This document shows, piece by piece, positions 1 through 13,074 of a stretch of DNA of 64,000 bases. This DNA is from Eledone cirrhosa. Lineage: Eukaryota. Both the position numbers and the translations under genes were made by a program. The stretch covers positions 81,654,001 to 81,718,000 of the forward strand of contig OZ024744.1 of assembly GCA_964016885.1 (NCBI GenBank), read 5' to 3'. Every line of letters begins with the position of its first letter. Position 1 is the stretch's first letter. The notes under the pieces were generated by a model. It ran no database searches and was not told where the DNA came from. It saw nothing but the letters and a program-made list of their open reading frames with translations.

Positions 1-503
1 TATATTTTTATATATTTTTTATGTTACGGTAATTTACCCTTATTTTATGGTATACTGTTTTTATTGCATAATGTATTTTTTAACTGTTCACTTACAGGTG
101 TGTTTATATATGTATATGTGGAAGCACATGTGTGAGAAGGCAGATATGCATGCGTGCAGGTGTATGCATGTGGCAACATGTATGCGTATGCATGTGTAGA
201 TGTATGTATATCGGCATATGCGTGGGTATTTGTATGTATATGTGTGGATGTGCGTACGCATGTTAAGTTGTCTCTTTTCTTTTGTGTGTATATATGTATA
301 TATATATATATATAAATATATATATGTATACGTGTGTGTGTGTATGTACGTGTGTAGGTAATGTTTATGTACGTATGTGTATTTGTATGTTATAGTGGAG
401 ATGTGTGAGTATACATTTATTTATATATATATATGTGTATACACATGTGTGTATATATGTATGTATGCGTATGATGTGTGTATGTATATATGTGTGTGTA
501 TGA

Positions 504-583
<80 letters not shown>

Positions 584-1499
584 GTATAGAAGGTTGGGCG
601 TATGTATATGTGCGCGCGTATGTATGTATATATGTGTATGTTTGAGTAGGATATGCTTATCCCAATTGATACAGGGCGCGAAGTAAGCAGCCGTCAGAAG
701 GCTTGTGGCGATAGGTATCAACAAGTGGGTGTGAATGGGTCCGTGGAAGTGAGGGAGAGAGGGTGTGTGAGTATATATACTTCGATGTATGTATGTGGGG
801 GTGTGTGTGTCTGCGCATGTAGGCGTACGTGTGTGAATGCATAGATAGGTAGGTGTCTGCATGTGTGTGTGTTTATGTGTGTATTTTAGAATGTGTGAGT
901 GCTTACTCTGAAATGTGAGCAGACGTGTGAAGTACTGAACTCAGCATGACTCCATTGAAATGAGTCGGACGGAAAATGGTTGATGAACCGTGTGGCAGCA
1001 GATACTGACCAGAACTTGTGATGACGTGGAGTAAAAACAGCCAATGGCGTGACAAGAGTGGAAATAGGGTTTTTTGAGGATGTTTTTTGATGATAACACC
1101 CTAGTGATAAAATTTGCTCCGGACGAAACACCCGTATACTGAAAGAACCCGCAGCAGTAGAATCAGCCAGAGCCACACAAGGACCATGACTCGAGCTACA
1201 TGCCGGCGAAACATTTGTAACACGAAATAAACTAAGTCCAGATGCATCACTGATTTTTCGTTTTCTTTATAATATCTACACTCTACTCTGATGAATATCG
1301 AGTTCTAATTTTGGCATACCGCCTACGGAAGCACCATAGCTACCACTATACACAACTCTCTCTCTCTATATATATATATACATATATATATACATATATG
1401 TTTGTATGAATGTATGTACAGGTACACATTTAAAGGGAAAATACTACTCATCTATTAAATTGAGTAATTTCCCTTTAAATATTTATAAATTCTTTCTAA

Positions 1500-1690
1500 C
1501 ATTTGCACAAGGCTAACAATCTGGTGAAACAGGAAAGTCGATTATAATCGACAGAACTTTACTGCTATTTTTTTTATCGATCCCGAAATGATGGAAGGCA
1601 AAGATGACCCAGGTGGCATTTGTACTGAGAACATATAAAGTCGTTAAATGCCGTAAAGCATTTTGTTCTTGTTCCACCGATTCTGCCACC
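1500..1690 (-). mobile_element. Degenerate copy of the abundant tRNA-derived SINE (family 1)
   Basis: Reverse-complement resemblance to the SINE core (tttatcgatcccgaaatgatggaaggcaaagatgaccc) and head (ccgattctgccacc). Confidence 0.6.
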
Positions 1691-1804
1691 CCACTCCGTT
1701 TAAATATTGATCAATAACAAAAAGAGAAAGTAAGGACACATTGAATATCGTATTTCAAGGAATATACCTAAAACGATGGGGAAAATAATCACTGATACCC
1801 CTTA

Positions 1805-2030
1805 GATCAAATGCTCAAAGGTTTGCTCCCAGATCCAAGGGTAGCTCCCCCGACTCCCCACCGAGCAAGATGGTTGGATAACATCCATGAGCTTGACTGG
1901 TCTCGTTTGGGGATCCAGCTGGATCAGTTGGAGACGGTTGCTTCTGACAGAACCCACTGGAAGGAGTGTTTGAAGACTCTTCCCCCACGACCTTCTCAGG
2001 AATAAGTGGGCGAAGAAGAAGAAGAAGACC
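1805..2030 (+). mobile_element. 3' tip of an RTE-like LINE with (GAA)n tail
   Basis: Peptide ...RARWLDNI...LETVASDRTHWKECL... resembles the RTE ORF C-terminus; ends in gaagaagaagaag. A second copy lies at 56008-56220 on the minus strand. Confidence 0.7.
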
Positions 2031-2070
2031 CCTTTGATCATAAGTCGCTTCAATAAGGGTAGACCTGGGT

Positions 2071-2300
2071 CTACCTACCTACCTACCTACCTACCTACCT
2101 ACCTACCTACCTACCTACCTACCTACCTACCTACCTACATACCTACCTATCCACATACCTATCTACCTACCTACCCCCCTACCTACTTACCTACCTACCT
2201 ATCTACCTACCTACCCCCCTACCTACTTACCTACCTACCTACCTACCTACCTACCTACCTACCTACCTACCTACCTACCTACCTCCCCCTACCTCCCCCT
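2071..2300. repeat. (CTAC)n microsatellite
   Basis: Direct reading. Confidence 0.95.
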
Positions 2301-2820
2301 TACCATCCTCTGAGGAAACGCCTTCTTCTCCATTCTGTTCGCCGGGGCTGTAGGGCGGCCAGCACGTGTGACTCTATTTGCTCACTACACAGAGAGATGG
2401 GGGGCGGGCGATGACGGTGGGAGTTCGGTTCTTCCGTGTTCGGACACATTACATCTGTCAAGAGTGTGTTTTCATACTTGTGACCACGGACATATTTCTT
2501 GTGGGCATTTGTCGACTAGAGTTTATGTAGAAGTAATAACTTGCTTGTATAACATTAACGGACTTTTCAGGGAGAGTCAACGTGACACAATATATGTCAT
2601 AACTGATTTTTAAAATACAGCTATTAGGCCCTAAAGAATGTAATGTCTGATTTCTTCATGTTATTTCAATTTGAAATCGGACATTTCATATTTAATGACC
2701 TGATACAACTCATTTTTGCCAGATGAGTGAACTGGACCAATGTAAAATAAAGTGTCTTGCTCAAGGAAACACCAGGCCGCCGGGAATGAAAGTCGTGAGC
2801 CGAAGACTAACTAGTAAGCT

Positions 2821-3135
2821 CAGGGCTGGGGTTCTTCAGTTTCGAGGTGGTGGGGGGGCCTCATAAAAAAATATAATATACAGCCCCCCCCCCCCCCCCC
2901 CCCCCCCGCAATTTTACATATCAAAGTTAGCTTGGTGCAAGTAATAGGAATTGAAAAGTTATACATACAGGTATTAAATTAAAACATTCTAACCATCCTA
3001 AAACTAAAAAGTCCAGCTGAGGGCACAAATAAACTGGTATGGCTGTCTCAGGTGGGACCCCCCCCACCACCTCTGCAGGTGCCCCGGGGCAATTCTCCCC
3101 TATGCCCCACCCCCACCCCATAAAATCCGGCTCTG
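2821..3135. mobile_element. hAT-type non-autonomous DNA transposon (MITE) with 8-bp TSD, inserted in a SINE remnant
   Basis: Ends CAGGGCTGG...CCGGCTCTG are imperfect TIRs; identical 8-bp flanks AGTAAGCT at 2813-2820 and 3136-3143. Confidence 0.8.
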
Positions 3136-3449
3136 AGTAAGCTACGCATGCGTCATCACAGGTTGTCAACTAGTTTTGTGATTTCTTCGTGTTGGACAAA
3201 TGACTTAACCTGCAAGGACTCTAACTAGGTTGTTTTCCTTCGTCTTTCTGTTATCATGTCTTCCGTGTGATCTGTAAGAGTTATATCTATTGTATTTATG
3301 ATGTGTATATTTTATAGGCTGAAACTATATTTCGTCAGGAAGAAGAACAAGTCGTATAGAATCACCTTTATGTTCTATCCAACAATAAATGGAATTATTT
3401 CGTCCATCCAATGTATGATATATATATATTTGAAAAAAAAGCTTATTTT

Positions 3450-3523
<74 letters not shown>

Positions 3524-3635
3524 ATATATTGTCAAAGATCTACCAACCATAAACAAGATCTTTCAGTATATGAAGTCTATGAAAAGATTCAATAACAGAA
3601 ACAGCTGCTTTGATAGCTGTCCTGTAGAATATATA

Positions 3636-5600
3636 CATATACACCAGGTCTGAACACAAAGGAACCAAACTCCCACTGTCACTACCTCTGTTTCTCCTGC
3701 TCTCCCCATCTCTCATATACACCAGTTCTGAACACAAAGGAACCAAACTCCCACTGTCACTACCTCCATCTCTCCTGCTCTCCCCAACTCTCATATACAC
3801 CAGTTCTGAACACAAAGGAACCAAACTCCCACTGTCACTACCTCCATCTCTCCTGCTCTCCCCAACTCTCATATACACCAGTTCTGAACACAAAGGAACC
3901 AAACTCCCACTGTCACTGCCCCCGTCTCTCCTGCTCTCCCCATCTCTCATATACACCAGGTCTGAACACAAAGGAACCAAACTCCCACTGTCACTACCTC
4001 CATCTCTCCTGCTCTCCCCAACTCTCATATACACCAGTTCTGAACACAAAGGAACCAAACTCCCACTGTCACTACCTCCATCTCTCCTGCTCTCCCCAAC
4101 TCCCATATACACCAGTTCTGATCTGAACACAAAGGAACCAAACTCCCACTGTCACTACCTCCGCCTCTCCTGCTCTCCCCATCTCCCATATACACCAGTT
4201 CTGATCTGAACACAAAGGAACCAAACTCCCACTGTCACTACCTCCGCCTCTCCTGCTCTCCCCATCTCCCATATACACCAGTTCTGATCTGAACACAAAG
4301 GAACCAAACTCCCACTGTCACTGCCCCCGTCTCTCCTGCTCTCCCCATCTCTCATATACACCAGGTCTCAACACAAAGGAACCAAACTCCCACTGTCACT
4401 ACCTCCATCTCTCCTGCTCTCCCCAACTCCCATATACACCAGTTCTGATCTGAACACAAAGGAACCAAACTCCCACTGTCACTGCCCCCGTCTCTCCTGC
4501 TCTCCCCAACTCCCATATACACCAGGTCTCAACACAAAGGAACCAAACTCCCACTGTCACTGCCCCCGTCTCTCCTGCTCTCCCCAACTCCCATATACAC
4601 CAGGTCTCAACACAAAGGAACCAAACTCCCACTGTCACTGCCCCCGTCTCTCCTTGCTCTCCCCATCTCCCATATACAGCAGGTCTCAACACAAAAAAAC
4701 CAAACTCCCACTGTCACTACCTCCGTCTCTCCTGCTCTCCCCATCTCCCATATACACCAGGTCTCAACACAAAGGAACCAAACTACCACTGTCACTGCCC
4801 CCGTCTCTCCTGCTCTCCCCAACTCTCATATACACCAGTTCTGAACACAAAGGAACCAGACTCCCACTGTCACTGCCCCCGTCTCTCCTGCTCTCCCCAA
4901 CTCTCATATACACCAGGTCCGAGAACAAAGGAACCAAACTCCCACTGTCACTGCCCCAGTCTCTCTCATATACAGCAGGTCTGAACACAAAGGAACCAAA
5001 CTCCCACTGTCACTGCCCCCGTCTCTCCTGCTCTCCCCAACTCTCATATACATCAGTTCTGAACACAAAGGAACCAAACTCCCACTGTCACTACCTCCGT
5101 CTCTCCTGCTCTCCCCAACTCCCATATACACCAGGTCTCAACACAAAGGAACCAAACTCCCACTGTCACTGCCCCCGTCTCTCCTGCTCTCCCCAACTCT
5201 CATATACACCAGTTCTGAACACAAAGGAACCAAACTCCCACTGTCACTACCTCCGTCTCTCCTGCTCTCCCCAACTCCCATATACACCAGGTCTCAACAC
5301 AAAGGAACCAAACTCCCACTGTCACTACCTCCGTCTCTCCTGCTCTCCCCATCTCCCATATACACCAGGTCTCAACACAAAGGAACCAAACTCCCACTGT
5401 CACTACCTCCGTCTCTCCTGCTCTCCCCATCTCCCATATACACCAGGTCTCAACACAAAGGAACCAAACTCCCACTGTCACTACCTCCGTCTCTCCTGCT
5501 CTCCCCAACTCTCATATACACCAGGTCTGAACACAAAGGAACCAAACTCCCACTGTCACTACCCCCGTCTCTCCTGCTCTCCCCAACTCTCATATACACC
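3636..5600. repeat. Minisatellite, ~78-bp unit (77/78/83-bp variants), about 25 copies
   Basis: Unit catatacaccagttctgaacacaaaggaaccaaactcccactgtcactacctccatctctcctgctctccccaactct repeated in tandem. Confidence 0.95.
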
Positions 5601-5656
5601 ACACATATATATATATATATACACAACAACACCACCAGCTCTCTCTCTTCCATTTT

Positions 5657-5752
5657 TCTTCTTCTTCTTCTTCTTCTTCTTCTTCTTCTTCTTCTTCTTC
5701 TTCTTCTTCTTCTTCTTCTTCTTCTTCTTCTTCTTCTTCTTCTTCTTCTTCT

Positions 5753-5822
<70 letters not shown>
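5657..5822. repeat. (CTT)n followed by (CT)n microsatellite
   Basis: Direct reading. Confidence 0.95.
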
Positions 5823-5827
<5 letters not shown>

Positions 5828-6115
5828 CCAGTGTCTCTTTCTCTCAATCTTTCTCTCTCTCTATTTATGAATGTACCCGATTTACGCGAAACTTGTTTCA
5901 TTCCATTTGTATCCCCATTTCAGAGGCTACTTCCTTTCAAAGTATTTTCCTATTATGCACCATTTTGGCTGTATTAAATTACAGACAAGCACACAACATA
6001 GAATTTTAGTAGTTTACTAGACCACCTGTGACCCGTTGGTTCACTTAAAATTAATTTTTAAATAATTAAAATATACACAGACATATATATATAATGTAAA
6101 ATGAAACTGGAAGGC

Positions 6116-6170
<55 letters not shown>

Positions 6171-6364
6171 CGTATGTGTGTATATATGTATATATACATG
6201 TGTATAATTTCCTTCAACAATACCATCAGTTCTCTCTCTCTTCCATTTTCTTTCTCCCTCTCTCTCTTTCTCTGTCTGTCTTTCAATCTACTCTCTCACT
6301 ACCACTATCGTGTGAAAAATATATATATTGCCACGAAAAAAGCCATAAAAAAATCGAGGAAGAT

Positions 6365-6482
6365 ATTTACGATTCCGCGAATATGCGGTGGTTTCCACGA
6401 ACAATTCTTAGTTAGGTTTTAAGGAAAAAACGAATAACAGGACCCGCGAACGCCGGGACCGCGAATGACGGGGTTACACTAT
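6365..6482. mobile_element. End of a Tigger/pogo-like MITE
   Basis: Terminal ccgcgaatgacggggttacacta followed by TA, with repeated ccgcgaa subterminal motifs. Confidence 0.45.
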
Positions 6483-6529
6483 ATATATATATGGTATTAG
6501 GATTGGTGCTCTGAAATAGCGATGTATAC

Positions 6530-6860
6530 ATGAATGTATGTATAGTATATTTGGCAATATACCGTATGTTTAATTAAAAACATTTAGAAGACCATTCTGG
6601 ATTCTTCCAAGACCATGGAAACTGGATTTTTATAGAATTTCATGGAATTCTATAAGAATCCAGCTTTCATGATTTTCGGCGAAAGCAGAGGAGTACGTGG
6701 CTCTGATGAACGCCAATCAGCGTGAAACAGACTGTCAGCTTCTCTCCCTTCTTTCGCCGAAAAGAAGTGATATAGTCACTACTTTAAAACTGATAGCGTA
6801 TGGTCTTCTAAATGTTTTTAATTAAACATACGGTATATTGCCAAATATACTATACATACA

Positions 6861-6865
<5 letters not shown>
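6530..6865 (+). mobile_element. ORF-less fold-back element (Penelope pLTR-like) with 66-bp perfect inverted arms enclosing a hammerhead
   Basis: 6530-6595 is the exact reverse complement of 6800-6865; (TA)n tracts on both sides. Confidence 0.75.
6700..6739 (+). ncRNA. Minimal type I hammerhead ribozyme
   Basis: gct-CTGATGA-acgc(caatca)gcgt-GAAA-cag(a)ctg-TC-agc: canonical core with stems I, II and III; predicted cleavage after GUC at 6736. Confidence 0.85.
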
Positions 6866-6911
<46 letters not shown>

Positions 6912-6913
<2 letters not shown>

Positions 6914-7193
6914 GTGGAAAAGTAAGAAATCGGAGAATAGACCGTTAAAACATGTTTATTTAAAACAGCACCTACGTACGTTTCGCCCAGTTGGGCTTCT
7001 CAAGGGTAAAAATAGCTATTTTTGCGAGCAATGAATCTTGACGGGAACTTAAGCCCCAAAACTCTTTCAGAGCAATGTAAGGAACACTTTTGGTTATTTA
7101 TGCCCTTGAGAAGCCCAACTGGGCGAAACGTGCGTGCTGTTTTAAATAAACAATCTTTAACGGTCTATTCTCCGATTTCTTACTTTCCCACGT
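6912..7193. mobile_element. Fold-back element with two outward-pointing U3-A8 hammerhead copies
   Basis: 6912-7016 is an imperfect inverted repeat of 7092-7193; starts at a (TA)n tract. Confidence 0.75.
6970..7007 (-). ncRNA. Type I hammerhead, U3-A8 covariant (mirror copy at 7103-7136 on +, 3' part damaged)
   Basis: Minus strand: accc-TTGAGAA-gccc(aact)gggc-GAAA-cgtacg-TA-ggt; palindromic stem III, short stem I. Confidence 0.7.
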
Positions 7194-7351
7194 GCTTACG
7201 CTCTGCTAACTCTCTAGCCCACTAAATATTAACACTTCGAATATTTAATACTGCCGGCACTAGTATCGAACACCTTTGGCATACGCTACTTGGCAAATAG
7301 CTATACGTATCACCTATCCTCCCTTTTTTTCTCTCTCTCGATACGTAAATA

Positions 7352-7442
<91 letters not shown>

Positions 7443-7484
7443 ATAGTCACGGGTTGACTAAAACCTTGTGAATGATATTAAGTA

Positions 7485-7652
7485 CTGTATTTCCCGGCGT
7501 CAAAGACGCTACCTTTTCCCTAAAATAAGTCTCAAAAATCTATCAACCGTCTTGGAAGCCGAAGGTTGTTTATTATTTTTTCCCAAATTTTTGGTTGTCA
7601 AAATTAGGGTGCGTCCTCAACGACGAAGCGTCTTCGGCGCCGGGAAATACGG
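7485..7652. mobile_element. Tc2/pogo-type MITE with TA TSD
   Basis: TIRs CTGTATTTCCCGGCG...CGCCGGGAAATACGG flanked by TA; a second, inverted copy lies at 46706-46856. Confidence 0.8.
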
Positions 7653-8096
7653 TATATTAGAAATTGTGTAATGTATTGTATATTGTACATTATATGTTTC
7701 TATAAAACTAAGAAATGGTAAAGCAGAAACAGAAACACCAAGAAAAAAAAAAAAATAATTGCGAGATTTTTGTTAGTTTAGAAACAACGGCACCAGAGGG
7801 TCTGGACTAAGATGACTTGGAGGCATAATACTATATAACAATATTTAGTACACATTTCTCTTTTTACTTACAGAGAACTAATTGAAATTAAACTAATAGG
7901 AAACACCAACAACAAAAAAATAAGTTGTTGGCGTAGTTATCTATAAGTACTATATATATATATATATATTTATTTATGTTAATACTTAACGAACATTTTC
8001 GTAATTGGTAGACTGTGAATATGCATACGGCAGCATAAATGCACATAGTTACACCCCCCACACACACAGACACACAGACACACAGACACACACACA

Positions 8097-8198
8097 CACA
8101 CATATATATAACATGCGTTTGTGCGTGTATGTATATGTATATAAATGTCCTTTATGCATGTACGTATATATATCTATGTACTCGGCTTCGTTCCGAAG

Positions 8199-8240
<42 letters not shown>

Positions 8241-8346
8241 CTACGGAACGAAGCCGAGTACATAGATATATATACGTACATGCATAAAAGATATATACAT
8301 TTATATACATATACATAAACACACAAACGCATGTTATATATATGTG
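8097..8346. repeat. ~100-bp inverted repeat with a (TA)n spacer
   Basis: 8097-8195 (...gtactcggcttcgttccg) mirrors 8245-8346 (cggaacgaagccgagtac...). Confidence 0.85.
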
Positions 8347-8679
8347 AGTGTCTGTGTATATGTGTGTGTGTAATTGTATACCTAATTGTATATGGTTGAC
8401 GGTATATTTAGTCGATTTCCACGTGCTGTTGAAATGTTGGGTAAATATTCTATGGCGGTCGGCCGCGAAGAGATTGCTGACGTTTATTTATCTTATATTT
8501 CTTTATAGGTGCCTTTTAATCTTATAGCCTGGTCTAATTGATTTTTTTATGTGGTTGATTATGCTAATTGGGAGAGGAAATGGTGTATATATATTATCAA
8601 ATGATTCTCTGGACATACTTTATAGTATATATATATATATATTTATATATATTATATATATATATATAGTAAAAATAAT

Positions 8680-11327
<2,648 letters not shown>

Positions 11328-11408
11328 ATATATTAATATATGTATATATGTATGTCTGTGTATATATATATATACATACATATATACCCACATATATGTG
11401 TGTGTGTT

Positions 11409-11448
<40 letters not shown>

Positions 11449-11449
<1 letters not shown>

Positions 11450-12201
11450 ATATATTTAGAAACACACAGATACACGCGGACACACACATATATACATGAA
11501 TGCATCCGCACCCAACTGTGAGTTAAGGGTGCCAACTTCACCGATGTTGCTCAATGAATGACTGGGACAGACCAATTCAGTTGAACTAGACTGAACCAGT
11601 ATCAGAGTTAAAAATACATTATGAAGAGAGAAGAAACATTTAGATATAATTAGTAATAAAATGTATCATACCTAAACTGCTCCTAAATTCCTCGACTACG
11701 TAGTTTCGTGGCATAAACAAAAACAATATATCATAAATATATAGAGTCCTTGCGAGGTCTGCCGACTTATCAAGAGGATACCTCATTTTACTAGTCTCAA
11801 GAACGCGTCTACACGACGTGAGAAAGAATCCCAAAAGGCGGAGGGGGAGATAGTCACGCGATATAACGGTCGAGAAACAGAGCTAAGCCTCTTATAACCC
11901 CGAAGAAAATACCACGGAGGCGGAGGGGGTATTTATATCGAGGCCGTAGAAGAGGTGGTGAAGAAGGCGAGAAGTATGAGTAATGGAAGCTTTCCGGCTG
12001 TCCCCACACCTCAAAGATTGCTCGACCAGAGGGAGTTATTAACAATATATTTAGAAACACACAGATACACGCGGACACACACATATATACATGAATGCAT
12101 CCGCACCCAACTGTGAGTTAAGGGTGTCAACTTCACCGATGTTGCTCAATGAATGACTGGGACAGTACTAATTATATCTAAATGTTTCTTCTCTCTTCAT
12201 A

Positions 12202-12207
<6 letters not shown>
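11449..12207. mobile_element. Hammerhead-bearing unit flanked by a 122-bp direct repeat and a short inverted copy
   Basis: 11449-11570 matches 12044-12165 (one mismatch seen); 12166-12207 is the reverse complement of ~11614-11655. Confidence 0.75.
11689..11778 (-). ncRNA. Type I hammerhead, U3-A8 covariant with a long stem II loop
   Basis: Minus strand: tcctc-TTGATAA-gtcggca...(~50 nt)...tgccac-GAAA-ctacgtag-TC-gagga; 5-bp stem I, palindromic stem III. Confidence 0.8.
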
Positions 12208-12237
<30 letters not shown>

Positions 12238-12286
12238 CAATGATATTAAAAAAATAGAAACTATATTTATAAAACCATATTTATTC

Positions 12287-12337
12287 TATTATATATATTT
12301 CAAGGGTACCAAAACTTTGGCACGCTCTCATCAGATA
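12287..12337 (-). ncRNA. Type I hammerhead (left arm)
   Basis: Minus strand: tat-CTGATGA-gagcgtgccaaagttttggtaccctt-GAAA-tatata-TA-ata. Confidence 0.7.
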
Positions 12338-12443
12338 GATAAAATACAAAGTTTGTTTTATAAATATTGACATATCCAGGAAAAACTTGAACCGTTAAGA
12401 TCTTCCTGGATATGTCAATATTTATAAAACAAACTTTGTATTT

Positions 12444-12494
12444 TATCTGATGAGAGCGTACCAAAGTTTTGGTACCCTTGAAATATATATAATA
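12444..12494 (+). ncRNA. Type I hammerhead (right arm)
   Basis: tat-CTGATGA-gagcgtacc(aaagtttt)ggtaccctt-GAAA-tatata-TA-ata. Confidence 0.75.
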
Positions 12495-12620
12495 GAATAA
12501 ATATAGTTTCCATTTATTTAATATCATTGATACTATACTCCAGAAAACTTGTTGAGTGCTTCGAATCAGTTATAAACATATATATTTGTTGAATTACCAT
12601 CAAATTAAATATCCCTTTTG

Positions 12621-12672
<52 letters not shown>

Positions 12673-12742
12673 CCAGGTCTAGCAAATAGAGAAAAAGTTT
12701 TAAAATAAATTTAAAAAAATTCACTGTACTTACTATATTTGT

Positions 12743-12819
12743 CTTTACCACGATTTCAAGTCCCAAATAAACGGATAATCCAAGCGGATTTCCATTGAGA
12801 AGGGGACTCTCTTCAGAAG
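12743..12819 (-). ncRNA. Type I hammerhead with ~38-nt insert in stem II
   Basis: Minus strand: ctt-CTGAAGA-gagtccc...gggactt-GAAA-tcgtgg-TA-aag. Confidence 0.75.
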
Positions 12820-13074
12820 GCTCTTCTCGCTCAGAGAATATAAAATTCCCGAGTTTAAATCACAAACTGACTCCATACAAAACTGTTCCCAGATGAGAGT
12901 GAATGATGAAAGAAACAATTTTGTCTAGTGCCGTGTGCAAAGACAGAAGGCAGGGTGGACAGGTCAATGTCCTGCCACTAGAAATAGCAGCAGTTCAAAC
13001 GACCAAGTGTTATTTCAACCTTAGGGGTGATTAATAATAATAAAGTATGTGTTCCTACGTGTAAAAAATACGTC

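Larger units (their letters stand above)
12238..12530. mobile_element. Long fold-back element with two outward-pointing hammerheads
   Basis: ~12238-12382 mirrors ~12403-12530; flanked on the left by (TA)n. A related single-arm copy lies at ~15029-15300. Confidence 0.8.

Noticed and set aside
886-1240. 96-aa ORF, possibly a decayed Penelope GIY-YIG end
   Set aside because: Only faint resemblance in alternative frames; no diagnostic motif.
1285-1335. CTGATGA motif
   Set aside because: No stem II or GAAA at a suitable position.
3540-6009. ORFs across the 78-bp minisatellite; possible CRISPR-like array
   Set aside because: Units are wholly repeated with no unique spacers, frame-breaking unit variants occur, and the context is eukaryotic.
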